From the human T2T-CHM13v2.0 reference genome, Homo sapiens: a stretch of DNA of 64,000 bases. The stretch lies in assembly GCF_009914755.1 (NCBI RefSeq), contig NC_060942.1; one strand, written 5' to 3'. The notes beneath the pieces are model-generated. The model made no database searches. It was not told the DNA's origin and worked only from the letters and a program-made list of their open reading frames with translations. The translations under genes and the position numbers were made by a program. Below, piece after piece: positions 12,416 to 26,509 of this stretch. Numbering within the stretch: the stretch's first letter is position 1; each line of letters starts with the position of its first letter.

Positions 12416-15400
12416 GGCATGAGACCAGGAGTGGAAACTCTTCTCCGAAGGGGCGAGGCTAATCCACACTCACACTCCAGGCTGCATCTCAGTTGCTCTA
12501 GGCCAAGGCAACGCTTCCATTTTTGCCTATCTGCAGGCTGTGAAATAACATTTCCTGTGGTTTTAATTTGCATTTCCCTTCACTCTAAGGAGGCTGAGCC
12601 TATTGCCATTTGCATCTCTCCTTTTGTGTATGGTTTGTCTATATCATTGGCTCATTTTTTTGTGATAGGAAATCTGCTTAAATAGCTTTTGAAATGAAAC
12701 TTCCAAAAGACTTTTTGAGGTCTTAAGTAGTTTATCTTCAGTAGTTGCCCTTTATTGGCTTCCTGTTAGTTCATTCAAGGAGGCCAATAGCTACTTCAAG
12801 GTCACCACATGGCAGGAACCTGCGCACCAGTTAACTCCTGGTCTTTCTGGTGTGGGCAACCTCATCGCAGGGCTCACCATGGGGAGGAGCTGGGAAGAGC
12901 CATGGAGAGGTGGGCCAAGGGAGAAGGTTGGACCAAGGCTGTGAAGACAGAGACGTCCCATTTGTCAGGTGCATGGCACCCTGACAGAGGGTTGGAAGGT
13001 TTGGGTCAGGGACCTCAGACAGGAGACAGCATGGGACATTGGACTGGCTGGTCCTTGGAGGCCCAGAGCATGTTCTTCTCCTCCAAGTCTTCATGGCCCC
13101 ATCCTCTGGTCTACAGAGATCCAAATTCTTAGACTCATAATGTCACTGGGCACAATAACGCGGTCATAATTAATTTTCCTCTTCAATCTGGCCAGAGAGA
13201 TGTTTTGCCTGTTTTTGTTGTTGACATAAAATAATTTCCTATGGTATCGTTTTCATTTCAATTTTATGCAAAACAGTCATATATTCTTTTTATTTAGCCA
13301 AACACATTTTTCCTGTGACACAGTTACTATAACAAGTACAGCACAGCATGTATGTGTTTATCTGTAATGGGCTTAATTTATTAGTAATGGCACTATCAAC
13401 AGAAATTTAAGAAGGGAGAAGTTAGACTTTGATTTCTGTTATAAAGGGATGATAAACTCCAGCTTTTCACAGAGGTTAAAGGAACAACAAAAAGCAATTT
13501 GCAAAATCAATGTGAAGTTTAGTGGTTTGGGCCTCATGCTGAAACAGTGCTGTATTTGATTTGTTTAATGATGGCAATGAGGCAAGTGGATAATGAATAA
13601 CCAACATATTTGGGCCATAACTCATTTGGCTAAAGACAATAATAGTTCTGCTCTTGCAGGAAACAAAACAGAATCCATCCCATAACCTGGAAATTTATGG
13701 CCTGCAAGGCAAGCCACTCGAGGATCAGAGATAATTAAATGTCTGCTTTCATGTTTGATGCTGGTGACTGAGCCCACACATGCCGAACGTCCCACTGAAG
13801 CCTGAACTTTGCAGTCAGCTGGGATAGCCAAGGGCCTCGTAATAGATTCACAGGTTCCCATGGCTCAGGTCGGCTGCTCTCCCAGCTGGTGCCAATCAGG
13901 GGCACATTGAGTAAAATGTCTCAAATCGTCCAGGTGATCTCTAGCCTGTGAAATGGCTGATCCAGCTTACTTCGGGTGCCCACCCTGCCCCAGATTCTAT
14001 CCAAGGATCTCCAGTAGCACCTACTAATTTCTAGAGCTGATTAAAGATGGACTGGCCCCTCCTGTAAAGACAGCGGAGGGTACCTATGCATGAGCACAAG
14101 ACACAGGACAAGAGGATAAACAGAACAAGTCCAAGAGAGAACTGAGGTCTCTTCCCTAAACCCAGGTGGACAGTCACTGCCTTTTAGAGGGCATCCCTCT
14201 CTCCAGAGCAGGGCCAGGCTGGAGGCCAGGACACTGATATGCTAAGTCAGAAAGTCGGGACTCAGGTGGAAGCCTCGGGGTTAGAGAGGCAGATGCAAGA
14301 AGCAAGATGCATTACATGGCTCTCTGGTGGTTTCACTTTTAGACAAATCACCCTCCCAAACAGGGGGAACTGACACATTAAAGAGGAGGCTTGTCTGTAA
14401 GTCCCCCCCACAGTGTCCGCCTGAGTGCCAGGTTCAAAAGGATGAAGGAGCAGTAAAAAGACGAATCCAAGAACCTGTCTTTCCTACCTCTGAGAGCCTT
14501 TTTGAGGGGAGGCATAGGGTTCCCATGGTGGTACTCAGGGAGGTGCCATGCACCTGACCGAAGGATGTTTCCGTCTTTCATCATTTTTGCTGCCAAGTTC
14601 AAATGGTATCCATTTCCATGCTCAGGAATGCACACATGCCCACAGCAGGGATGGGGCCTGGGTCTCACGAGTGACTTGGCCCTTACCGTGTATCAGTTAT
14701 CTTTTGTACGATGAAGGCAGTAGTGCCAGCTTCCTGGGACGGTTGTGGGGTTAAGCGAGGCATCTATGACAGGTTCCCGCCACCTTTCTTCCCTTCCAGG
14801 CTGTGTCTCACTGCTGCCCAAGGGACAAGTTGCTGATGGGAATTCGTTGCTGCCTGAAGGTGCTTAGGGTCTGCTGTGCACATCCCGACCCAACTGTCTG
14901 CTCTTTTCACCCACCTCACTCCCCACCACACTGTCCACTTCACTCTGGCCTGCTACAATTAGTAGCCCAGACAGATCTTCACCACTCTTTTTTACCCCCA
15001 GAATGCTTGCAACTGGCACATAAAGGCTGCATTGTCAGCATAGCACTTGGCTAGCATTGTTGAGATAACCTAGGCAGAGGGCTGACACTCTCGACTTAAT
15101 CTGGGAAGGGGAAAGGCAGTTTTGTCCTGCCCAGAACTTAAAATATTGTGGAAAACTCAAGTCTGTAGATTCCTGAGCTGCCTTTCCTTTCTATCCTTAG
15201 TTTAGGTAGATTGTCCCAGAAAACAATTGGCAGAACTTATTTTTCCTTTCGGGCCAAACTCTCCCTTTGCCCACCTCCAACATGACTCATAGGAGGAGGC
15301 AGTTGGTGTTCGCATTTTAACTGACTGCCTTCTGTTCCTTTCCTACCTAGGAACCAAAAAGAGTCTTCAGGAGTACTGGATGCTAATGTAGCCACAGGTA

Positions 15401-15794
15401 TAGTAGGAGGGCATGGGCTGGGCTCTGCAAGGCCAAGGAAGCCACAGCCAGACCAGTGATGGCAGAAAGCGCCTAATGCCATGAGTATTTCTGAGTGCTG
15501 TCTCAGCCTCAGTGAACTTCATCTTGGGTTAGATGGAACTAGGAGACTTCAACCTTGTCACCACAGACTGTCACTGTCCTGAAAACCCCGCCTTTTCCTG
15601 CATCTCAGATGACAGTGATTTAAGTGAGGGGCCCCAAACCTGGACATCTGATTACCCAGGGAAGGTTCAAATGCAGTGCCTGAGCCTCTCCCCAAGACTC
15701 TTGCTCAGTGTGTCTGGGGTGAGTCCAAGAAATTGAATTTCAGTCAACTAGATTTGGGAATGTCTGCTTTTTGTTGTTGTTCTGGGTTTTATCG

Positions 15795-16100
15795 CTTCAA
15801 CGTTTTATTCTGAAAAAATATAAGACTTACAGAAAAGTTGCAAAAATAGTAGGACAATTTAGCAAAACCAGGAAATTCAAACTGGTACAGTACTATTAAC
15901 CGAACTGTAGGCTTTATTCAGATTTCACCAGTTTTGCCACGAAGGTCCTATTTTTGCTCTACGATCCTACCCAGGATTCCAGATTGCATTTAGCCCTCAT
16001 GTCTGCTTAGTCTCCTCTAATCTGTGAGGACACTTTGTGACCTTGGTATTTTTGAAAATTACCGGCCAGTTATTTTGTAGAACATCCTTCCATTTGGGAA
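15795..16100 (-). mobile_element. Old L1 (L1MC/ME) 3' fragment
   Basis: ttttattctgaaa...acttacagaaaagttgcaaaaatagta..., ttattttgtagaacatcc. Confidence 0.55.
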
Positions 16101-18313
16101 GGCTGTGCATATAATGGACAGGATTTTATGTGGAAAAAAAGGAAGTCCTAGGGAGCACATCTGGCCCTGCCGTTTTACGTCCACTCAGAACAAGGAGGGC
16201 GTGAATGGACGGTGTTGAACAGTGGCCAAGCCCGGGACCTCCCAGCCACAAGACATGGACATTTAAGGCATCTTGAAGTTCTGATGTTAGTCAACTAGAC
16301 TCCTAGACACATTGCTCCCAGTACACCTGGTAGAAAATCTTTGGGATCTTTGGGATTAAAAAACCAAAAAACGATTTTCAAATTACACTTGATAATTATG
16401 TGCAAAAAAACCCCGAAATAACATCTCTCAGTGCTGCAAAGGTGAAAGCGCACAGATGGATTTCTGTCACCTGAAAGTAAAGTTGGGTCGATTTCCTGTT
16501 GATGTGAAAGATGGTCAGGAACTGTCCTGCCAAGCATCGGCAGGGCACAGCTGTTTCCAGTGTGGACTGTGATCCAAAGTCGGCTCAAACCCTTCTCTAC
16601 CACTAAGTGTGAGCCCTGGGCCAGTGACCAGGTTCTCTGGTCCGGGTTTGCTCACTTATTGAAGATATAACAAGAGTTCCCATCTCACAGTGTTTCCATA
16701 AAGATTAAGTGAAACAACCCATGTAAACACTCAGTAAATGGTGGCTGCCATTGCCATTGTGCTCGGATGCGACTCATCTTAGTAGAGTCACCTGTGAGCC
16801 CTTTGTGGGAATTTTTAATGTTTTCATTTCTAGGGAGGAAGAAAAAGAACTTGGGTGTTTTTCCTGAGTCCCCAGACAGTCCTGTGCTGCATGCTGGCAG
16901 CAGAGGCACCCCACATCAGATTCTTCCACCATCACTTTGACACCGTGAGAACTGTCACCAGGGCCTGGGGTGCAGTGTGGCTGCTGGTGCCTTCAGAGTG
17001 ACCCATGCCATCTATGGCAGAGTTGCAAGGCAGACAGGGATAAACATTTCCAGTCTGTTCTCTGTTATGAGCTTTGAGGGGAGGCCGTCCCGTGGGAAAG
17101 GCTGGAGAGCAGCTTTGATTCAGCTGGAGCATTTGAGTGGGAAGTGGAAATGAGGAGTCGGGAGAGGCCCAGGTGTCATCCGCAGCCAGCCGACCTTGCC
17201 ACAGTGCTGGAGAAGCCTCTCTACTGGGTGGCAGAGTTGTTTCTGCTGTGGAAGTTTGCTGTGTACCATTTCATACCCTGCCAGCACCTGTTTGCTGGCC
17301 CCCTTGTTTTGTTCTCTTATGTCCCCAGCCTTTTTTTTTTTTTTGCTTTCTGGAAACTTTCTGAGAGCCAGCTCCCTGGCTGGACCCCATCTGCTGCCCT
17401 GAGTGTTTCTCCCCACACTGTGTCCCCATCAGGCCCCTGCCTTTCTCCCCAGAGGCTCCCATCGCAGAGGCTCAGGGTGTACATGTACATGATGTTTGAT
17501 GAATGGCAAAGAAACTGACCAGCAGACAGATGGTTGACCAAACACCCAAAGGGGCTCTTGTCGCGTGTGACTTGAATTGGGTGTAAGACTGATTTTAGCT
17601 GATTACTTTCATTTCACGTGGTCTTTCAAGTGGTGAGGTGAATTAACTTTGGCTAACAAAGGGAAGGTTTCAGATTCTCAGGTATTTTTCATTACACCAA
17701 GGGGATAACATATATCTAAGAGAATTTTTTTCAAATTGCCATGGAGGTCCACAGAAAGTAGAATTTCATAAATGGGGAAGACTTTTCCATGAATACTCGC
17801 TTTTCAGGGATACATCTGGCAAGCTAAGGGAATGAAGCCTATGTTGGCTTTTCCCTCACAGCAGAGGACACATGAGCCCAGACCAGAGGGTGAAGCAGCA
17901 TCCCAAGGGGTCTGGAATATCCAAACCATGAGTAGACCCACGAGGGAGAGGGCACAGGCTCTGTGCTGTCAGGTAGCAAGACCCATAAAGGTACCTTTAG
18001 TTCTGTTCTCTGAGCCTGTCCCAGATAGGCTGGCTCAATGTCCGAAGCTATTAAAAGATTGTTACATGAGCTGTAAGGTGACCGGGCCCTTATTCGAGTA
18101 TTAATATTTATATCAACTGAACTGAGCAGTTACAGGACTAAAGCAAATGTGCAAACAGAATTGTTAAGCATCTTTAAATACCTTCATGGGTAAAATATCT
18201 GTGGGGTCTTCTGTAGTCATTCAGCCACAATATATACCTAAATGGACAAAGATTCATAGACTGATGTCCACACCACCTTCTGTGGCTGGTGAAATTTTAA
18301 GATGCCCAGCTAG

Positions 18314-18649
<336 letters not shown>

Positions 18650-20591
18650 TAAGGAAGTATTTTGTATCTTGGTTAAGAAGTTGCAGCAAGAGGTCTTTCT
18701 TGTCAAGAGAGATATTTTATCTTATTTACTGTTGTTAAAATTATCTTTCTTTAACAAACACTCTAAGGAGTCTTTAAAGAACATAAAAGGTTATTACAAA
18801 CTAGTATTTTTATTGCTGCCCCATAGAACAAATTCTGTTGCTCAGTTGAATGTAATCTGTCTCCAGCTGAGACTTAGGAGCCAAACATTTTGTCTTGTTG
18901 AGCCAAACATTCAGTCTGGAGGCCAAGGGATCAGGGGTGGGGGAAAGAGGAGCTAGTGCAAGAACAGCTACAGATAGATTGCTTCAGGGCCCAAAGGTAG
19001 GCTTGGAAATACAGTAGTTGCAGTAACACGATTTGAGAGAACCCCTCACCACATATCCCATGTCTCTCTAAAAACCCATACTTGATGTCTGTGTTTTGAT
19101 TCTTTGAGTTAAATGCTGAGCACACAATGGGTTCTCAATAAATCATTTGTTGGTTGACCAATTGATGGATATTATGTTGACCCCTGTTCCAAGTGCTGAT
19201 TCCTGGAAGAGAAGGAGCCCTTTATTTTCATAATAGGTATTAGTCCCCATTGATTCTGCCATGGACATAGGTCTTTCAGATCTTTTGTCCACAGGCTGAG
19301 TGAGCTTATATTTAGGGGATGATGGGAAGGCATAGACCATGGGGTGTGGCCTGCAGATGCATGAGGTGGGCCCTGGCCTCTGGGGAGTAGATGAGGGGAG
19401 TTGGCAAAGGAACTGGGGAGACATTAAGGTGAGCTTACTTTCTCTGAACTTTGATCAACAGCCTGCCCTGGTCATCTCAGGAACTCTGGCTGATTTAGGG
19501 ATTTAGGGTGAAGGCAGATCCATAACGTTTCTCTTCTGAAAATGAATACCCCAAACTCTGTGCGAACTTTAAAGAAATACACAGTGGGTCAAATACAATT
19601 TGTAAATTAAGGAAAATGTAATTAGCCACCCTTTCAAATGAAGACTTGTCTTGGGTGAGGCAGCTACCTCCTCATTCACCCTTATCCAGCCTTTATTTTG
19701 ATGTTGAAATTGAAATACTAAACAATGGGAATACCATCATGCCAAGCTAAACACAAGCCAATTCTAAGTCAGTTAAATATGAGCATCCCTCCAGTTGCCA
19801 ACTGCAACCCCCCAGTGAGAGTGGTCATTGGCCATTCTTGAGTCTTGTGTGTTCCATAGAAAACAGCCACCAATTCCAGCCAGAATAAGTTTGGCAGTTT
19901 GCTCCTTAGCCTCCATTCCTCGAGGAGCCACTGGTTATTTTAATTATTGTCTCTAGAGGCCTTTTAGTGAGTTGAGGCTAAGACCCACAGTACTCATGGA
20001 GAGATTTGTCCTCACTGCTGCCCCTTGCCCTGGCTTCATGCACTTGCTCTGTGGGTCTTGAGCATGTCCCCAGCTATTGTTGGTCGTCTGTTGGATTTGT
20101 GAGGTTGTTGGGTCTTGTGGAACCCCTCGCTGTGCACTGGTTGCCTCACCTCATTTGTATTAGTGGAGCTTGCATTTTCCCCTGCTCTGGAATCACCTTC
20201 CCAGCTCTGATACACTCCTCATACTGGGTAGATGCTGAGGTCTCTCCTGCCCTCTGCACTTCTGCAGTTCACCCCCTTCTCAGAAGCCTCGTGAGGGTGA
20301 GCCTCTCCTCCTTTCTCTCCTCTTTATAAGTGCCCGCATCACTCCTCTCGGCCCTCCAAATCAGCACCTGTGGCATTGTTAGGCCAGCCTGTGTAGCCCC
20401 AAACTTTTGTCCTGGCAGACAGACTGCAGGGCACTTCAGCAAGAGCAGGAAGGTACAGAGTGTGAACCCTCTGGCTTCTCTGGAAGTCCCTGGGGAGAAG
20501 GGGGGACTGGAGTCTTGACTGCCCTGTGCCTTGCTGCTCATACTTCCTTTTCTTCTCATCCCTTTGGGTGTGACCTGCACCACCACTGCAG

Positions 20592-20674
20592 TGCGAAGAA
20601 CCCTGAAGAGCGGCCTGACCCCAGAAGAAGCCAGAGCCCTGGGCTTGGTTGGCACCTCGGAGTTGCAGCTGTGA
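20592..20674 (+). CDS. FHOD3: FHOD3 terminal coding exon (LRRTLKSGLTPEEARALGLVGTSELQL*)
   Basis: Acceptor ctgcAG at 20590-20591. T+TG gives Leu across the junction. TGA at 20672-20674. Matches the FHOD3 C-terminus. Confidence 0.95.
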
Positions 20675-21205
20675 CACTCATAGGTTACTCCCAGGAGTGT
20701 GCTGAGCAGAAGGCAAGCTCTTGCTGGATGAAACCCCTCCAGGTGGGGTTGGGGAGACTTGATATTCACATCCAACAGTTTGAAAAGGGAGAGCTCAATT
20801 CCCAGCGTCACCCCATGGCTTGTGTTGCCTGCTACGCATTGACTTGGATCTCCAGGAGTCCCCTGCACATACCTTCTCCATCGTGTCAGCTGTGTTTCTC
20901 TTGATTCCGTGACACCCGGTTTATTAGTTCAAAAGTGTGACACCTTTTCTGGGCAAGGAACAGCCCCTTTAAGGAGCAAATCACTTCTGTCACAGTTATT
21001 ATGGTAATATGAGGCAATCTGATTAGCTTCACAGACTGAGTCTCCACAACACCAAAATATCCAGATGTAAACCCCAAACTTGTACACAAAAGAAAGCACA
21101 GATTGTTTACCTGTTGTGGATTTTAGATGTAACAAATGTTTATACAAATACATACATGTACACCATGTTTCAAATACTAAATAAATAGAGTTTAATGCCA
21201 TAATG
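20675..21205 (+). other. FHOD3: FHOD3 3' UTR (end approximate)
   Basis: Runs from the stop codon to about 20 nt past AATAAA at 21180-21185. UGUA elements lie upstream. Confidence 0.75.
21180..21185 (+). terminator. Polyadenylation signal AATAAA of FHOD3
   Basis: AATAAA about 500 nt after the stop. TGTA motifs upstream (about 21081, 21128, 21157) and U-rich cttttattcttct downstream. Confidence 0.8.
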
Positions 21206-21212
21206 AGAAACT

Positions 21213-21218
21213 TTTATT
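21213..21218 (-). terminator. Candidate minus-strand AATAAA for a distal TPGS2 isoform
   Basis: TTTATT on the + strand. On the - strand it is followed by GU/U-rich sequence (reverse complement of 21121-21180). Confidence 0.55.
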
Positions 21219-21290
21219 CTTCTGGGAACAGGACCTTAAACAGTTCCACAGGCTCGCCTCTTCAGAATGGCAAAACTCTTCTCAGTGTCC

Positions 21291-21332
21291 TCAGAAGCAC
21301 CCTCGCTTGGAACGGCCTTCAGATCCTTTGGG
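21291..21332 (-). CDS. TPGS2: Candidate distal alternative last exon of TPGS2 (PKGSEGRSKRGCF*)
   Basis: Minus-strand acceptor ...ctctattaacaaaatacAG|CCCAAAGGA. The phase-0 frame matches the exon 6 donor. TGA at 21293-21291 and AATAAA about 75 nt later. The pyrimidine tract is weak. Confidence 0.45.
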   Translation of the reverse strand, partial: PKGSEGRSKRGCF

Positions 21333-21651
21333 CTGTATTTTGTTAATAGAGTGAGTAACATCAACAGTGTGCTCTTTGAAACTCCTTTTATAATTGGGCC
21401 TAAGTCCTTGTTACAGGACGTGTTAGCTGTTGTTAACCTAACATCTATCACCTTACCTGTGTGGTTTGTTTTGCCCCATCCTGATATGGAAGCAAAAATG
21501 AGAGCAGCAGTTTACAAATCTGAACTATTCCACAACTCACTCATTGGCCTCTTATGTCAAAATTCATTTTCTCAAAAAATTTACTAAATCACCAAAACAA
21601 AATGGAAATGTAAAGCTTTGTGTACAGAGAGCCTCAGAATCGCATGCTTAG

Positions 21652-22238
21652 TATAGTCATGCATCACGTAATGATGGGGATATGTGCTGAGAAATGTGTT
21701 GTTAGGCAGTTTCATCATTGTGCAGATATTATAGACTATACTTACACAAACCTAGATGGTACAGCCTATTATGTACCTAGGCTATATGATACAGTCTGTT
21801 GCTCCTAAGCCACAAATCCGTAAGAACATGTCACTGACTGAATACTGTAGGCAGTTGTAACAGCGGTATTTGTGTTTGTAAATATACCTAAACATAGAAA
21901 AGGTAGAGTAAAAATACAGTATCAAAGATAAAAGGTGCCCCTCTATAGGGCACTTATTATGAATGGAGCTTGCAGGACTGGAAGCTGCTCTGGGCAGGTG
22001 AGTGGTGAGTCAATGTGAAGGCCTGGGACATTACTGTGCACTTTTATACATCTGGCAGCATAAATTGTTTACACCAGCATCACCACAAACACGTGAGTAA
22101 TGCAGTGCACTATGACATTATGACAGCTACAATGTCACTGGTGATAGGAATTTTTCAGCTCCATTATAATCTTATGGGACCACTGGCATATATGTGGTCT
22201 ATAGTGAACCAAATCACTGTTCTGTGGCACATTACTAT
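21652..22238. mobile_element. Tigger3/MER7-type (Golem) DNA transposon
   Basis: Starts tagtcatgcatcacgtaatgatggggata...; contains acacaaacctagatggtacagcc and ccattataatcttatgggacc. Confidence 0.8.
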
Positions 22239-22515
22239 GCATGCTTTTCAAGCGCAGGTCATCAACAGCTGAGATCAGATGGGAAGGCACTGGGAGGGGC
22301 TCTCAGCAACTGTAGAGCAATACTGAGGGGTCTGAGACCCAGATGGTGGTCATACCCTCCACGGAAGCCCCTTGGCCTGGGGTCACATGGTTCCCTGTGA
22401 GGAACCTTTGTCTCTGAAAACAGGGAAAGGTAAACCATTGCAGCAGGTATTTCGAGGGGTTGAAAAATCATCAGGTCACTAATTCCACCTTTGTCCTACT
22501 TTTAAAACCTCTGTA

Positions 22516-22800
22516 GGCCGGGTGCGGTGGCTGACGCCTGTAATCCCAGCACTTTGGGAGGCCGAGGTGGGCAGATCACGAGGTCAGGAGATCGAGACCA
22601 TCCTGGCCAACATGGTGAAACCCTGTCTCTACTAAAAATATAAATATTAGCTGGGTGTGGTGGCACATCCCTGTAATCCCAGTCACTCGGGAGGCTGAAG
22701 CAGGAGAATTGTTTAAATCAGGGAGTCAGAGGTTGCAGGATCACACCACTGCACTCCAGCTGGTGACAGAGTGAGACTCTGTCTCCAAAAAAATAAAATA
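22516..22800 (+). mobile_element. Alu (AluS-type, small internal deletion in right arm)
   Basis: ggccgggtgcggtggctgacgcctgtaatccc... Confidence 0.95.
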
Positions 22801-23957
22801 GCCTCTGCGACTCTGCATTCCTGAACCTGGGGATATGTGATTTATAGGCAATGTGCAGTAGCATTGCTTAAAAAGCCAAAGACTATATTTTCCCCATAGG
22901 CCTCTGTGCCTGTGTTCCCCTCTCTGCTCTAACCCCACTTACGGAGACAGGGAGCTTGTTGAAGCAGACATTTGTCAAATAGTACATGATGGATGTGAAC
23001 ACCCCAGGAGAGCCTGGAACTTGCGAGAGTTGGGTCTGTACATTATAGACGGTTGTGTTTAATCACCTTATTGAAAAGAATACATAGGGTATTAATAGTC
23101 ATTTTCCATATGCTTCTAAATAACAGGTACAATATTCCACTTATGGTTTAATAGTTTGTGAGAGTGTTCGCCTATTGCTTGGCACTGAATGCAGATTTGG
23201 AATGTTTGTATGACATGAGATAATGATGCACAGACAAAAGGAAGCTGTATTTTTGTCACACTGTTTAGTGAACAAATATGTCAATGTCCTCCTGAGGGTC
23301 CTTGGTATTCTGCTGAGTTGTTGCTTTAGAATGGAAGGTCATATTTAGAAGGAAGTGATTGAATAAACCTAATCTTAATTTTGTTTTAGGGATCAAAAAG
23401 TTCACAGAAGCAGCAAGCAAGGTCAACTAATTTCTTGCTTTCAGCTAAGTAAAAAGGGTCTCTTTTATTGGGCCCAGCATCTTGAATAGTGCCACTGCAG
23501 TATGAGAATAAGATAGGGTGGTGATTCCCAGCCCAATCTACACATCGGACTCACCTGGATGCTTTAAGAACTACTGATATTTCTGTCCCTCCACCAGAGA
23601 TTGTGGTTTAATTGGTGTGAAGTGTGGCCTGGACTTTGGAACATTTAAAAGATCTTCTCATCTCCTTCCCCCCGATTCTAATGTGAAGATAGGTTTGGAA
23701 ATCACTGGGTATTTTTTTTCTCTCTCTTTTTTTGGTGGGGAGATGGAGTGGGAGTTAGAGACTGAAGATGATGTTTTTGAGAACTTCGCAAAACCAGTAA
23801 TAATTCCCCAAGGCAGAGCTGGTTTTTAATCACTATCAATTAACTGATCAACTAGGACATGTTTGAGCAAAGCTGCCTTCACACTGTGTGCCCAGACATC
23901 TCTGCCGCTTCCTTGCCTGCCCTGAAAGCCAGGAGGCGGCAGCAATTGAGTCCCTCA

Positions 23958-24107
23958 CTAAACATTTGGAAATGAAATGAACGTTTGAAAAATGCCCAGT
24001 AACATGGGAGGAACATTGGAAGTGGTATAAAGGGCCAGCTCTTGCCACTTCTCTCTTTTTTCTTCACCCTCGGAAATGCCTGCCAGCTCAGTGGCAGGAC
24101 AGACATG
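23958..24107 (-). CDS. TPGS2: Candidate alternative last exon of TPGS2 (HVCPATELAGISEGEEKREKWQELALYTTSNVPPMLLGIFQTFISFPNV*)
   Basis: Good acceptor ggttcacctctgtcccAG|CAT at 24109-24108. Phase-0 frame is open for 49 codons to TAG. Minus-strand AATAAA at 23469-23464. Confidence 0.55.
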   Translation of the reverse strand, partial: HVCPATELAGISEGEEKREKWQELALYTTSNVPPMLLGIFQTFISFPNV

Positions 24108-24902
24108 CTGGGACAGAGGTGAACCCAGAGCCCTGTCCACAAATGTCAAGGAGCAGTCGGGGTGTGCCAGTGAGTCCCGGGAGCTCTAGAACCTTCTGCT
24201 CCGGATTCCTGTTCTTCCTCTTGGATTATTTAAATCCACCGGAGGACTAGATCCATCAAAAAGGCCTAAAAGAGCCTATAAGAAAAATCAATTTGCGTTG
24301 TTAAACTTAGTGGTTCATTAGTTTTTAGTGAAACTAAAGGATGTTTCCTGTTGCTTGTTTCCCCTCTCTTGATGCCACTCATTCTGACAGCCTCTATGAG
24401 CAATTTTTAATTCAGGATGTTAAATTTTTCTAAAAGACCTTCAAGAAGCATGAAAGTGAATAGTACCTTACACTTGTAAGATACTATTCCTCATCTGCCT
24501 GGTAATTACCATAGGTGTTCTTGCCCCTGTGTCTTAGCACTTATGTCCTAGTATGTATTGAAATTACAAAACCGCCAGAAAAGAAAGGCAACACTTTTCA
24601 AAGGTGTCTGGATTTGGGTTTCTTTGGAATATTAAGGTTTTTTTCTTTCTGTTTAAAAAACAACTTAATGATCTGGGGATGGAGTGGGAGGGTGCACAGG
24701 GCCTTGGAGGGCCAATGACCCAGATTCGTTTTCTTCCAAGTCCATTGTTAACACAGTGCAGGGGGAAGAACAGGGGCCAGGAGTAGGAGACTTAGTTTCC
24801 AGGCTCCTGGTCTGTGAGTGGTCTCCACATTGTCCATGGCTCCCAAATCCACTATTTCTGTGTTCATAGATACACCTAAGATGGTGTATCACCAAATACC
24901 AC

Positions 24903-25377
24903 TGTAACAGGTTGAATGACAGCCATCTAACAGTAGCAGGTCCTAATCCCTGGAACCTAGAAATGTTACCTTCTAAGGAAGGGTCTTTGCAAATGTGATT
25001 AAATTAAGGATCCTGATATATGGGGATTATCCTGGATCATCCGGGTATTCTCTAAACCCAGTCATGAGTGTCCCTTATAAGAGAAAGGCAGAGTGAGATT
25101 TGATACACACTAAAGGCAACGTGAAGACAGACGAAATTGGAGTGACATGGCCACAAACCATGAAACACTGGCAGCCACCAAGAGCTGTAAAAGGCAAGGA
25201 ATAGCTGCTGCCCTGGAGCCTCCAGGAATAGCACAGCCGCTCGACACCTTGATTTTGGCTCAATAAAACTAATATTGAACTGCTAGCCTCCAGAAATATG
25301 ATAAAATAAATTTCTGTTGTTATAAACCACCAAGCTTGTGGTGATTCCTCACGGTATCCTCTAAGAAATGATACAAC
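24903..25377 (+). mobile_element. MLT1 (ERVL-MaLR) solo LTR
   Basis: gtcctaatccctggaacc...gtctttgcaaatgtgattaaattaaggatc...aataaatttctgttgttataaacc. Confidence 0.8.
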
Positions 25378-26159
25378 CATCCCAAATGTGCACCGCGCAC
25401 CCGTTATGGAGGTAACTGTGCGCCAGGCACTTGGGATTCATCTGGGAAAAAGGAGAGTCATGGTCCTTCCCTTAGGGCCCTTTCCTGGGGCCTGGGAAGG
25501 AGTCATCTACTGAAATTAAAATTTTAATTCATCTACCACTCTGCAGCCATATCTAGATTTTTAAAATCAGAAATCATTTTATCAGATAAGTACAAATAAT
25601 ACCAAATTGCCTAAGATAGGGGATGAAATGCCTTTGCAAATGCAGTGAAGGTATATGATATTAAAATGCACCATTCAGTTTGTCAAAAAAGGTGGTCTAT
25701 TTGGTAGAAAAATCAGTTGTGTTTGCTAGACAATTTGTGGAGGGAAAATGGACTTTCTAAGTGATTTCTAAAAATAGCTAAAATATTATTTATTGAAGCC
25801 ATCTCTGTGTGAGCACTTCATATTTAATAGAATCCTTATAGCCACTCTGCATTTTCATTTTTCATATAAAGAAACTGAGGATGAGACATATTGAATAACT
25901 CTCCAATGACAGAAGATAAGACGTGATATATACTGGCTTGTCTCACTAGTTCCTGGTTATTTTCTTGTTCTTTTAGAAACCTTAAGACAGCTGCTAGTTG
26001 AATATCAATAGTCAGCTATGCTTTGGGGCACAAAATATGCAGCCCAGTCTGACTGGGCTGACTGACTTGGGAGCCAGCCAGTCCTACCTTGACCAAGTTG
26101 AAAACTCCTGGAGGCCTAGTCGTGTACAGGGTTGAAGCACTGTACCTTAAAATTTTCCT

Positions 26160-26509
<350 letters not shown>

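Noticed and set aside
20269-20904. 199-aa minus-strand and 165-aa plus-strand ORFs over the FHOD3 last exon
   Set aside because: No recognisable domain. The real coding frame is only 20592-20674, and the others are consistent with chance in GC-rich sequence.
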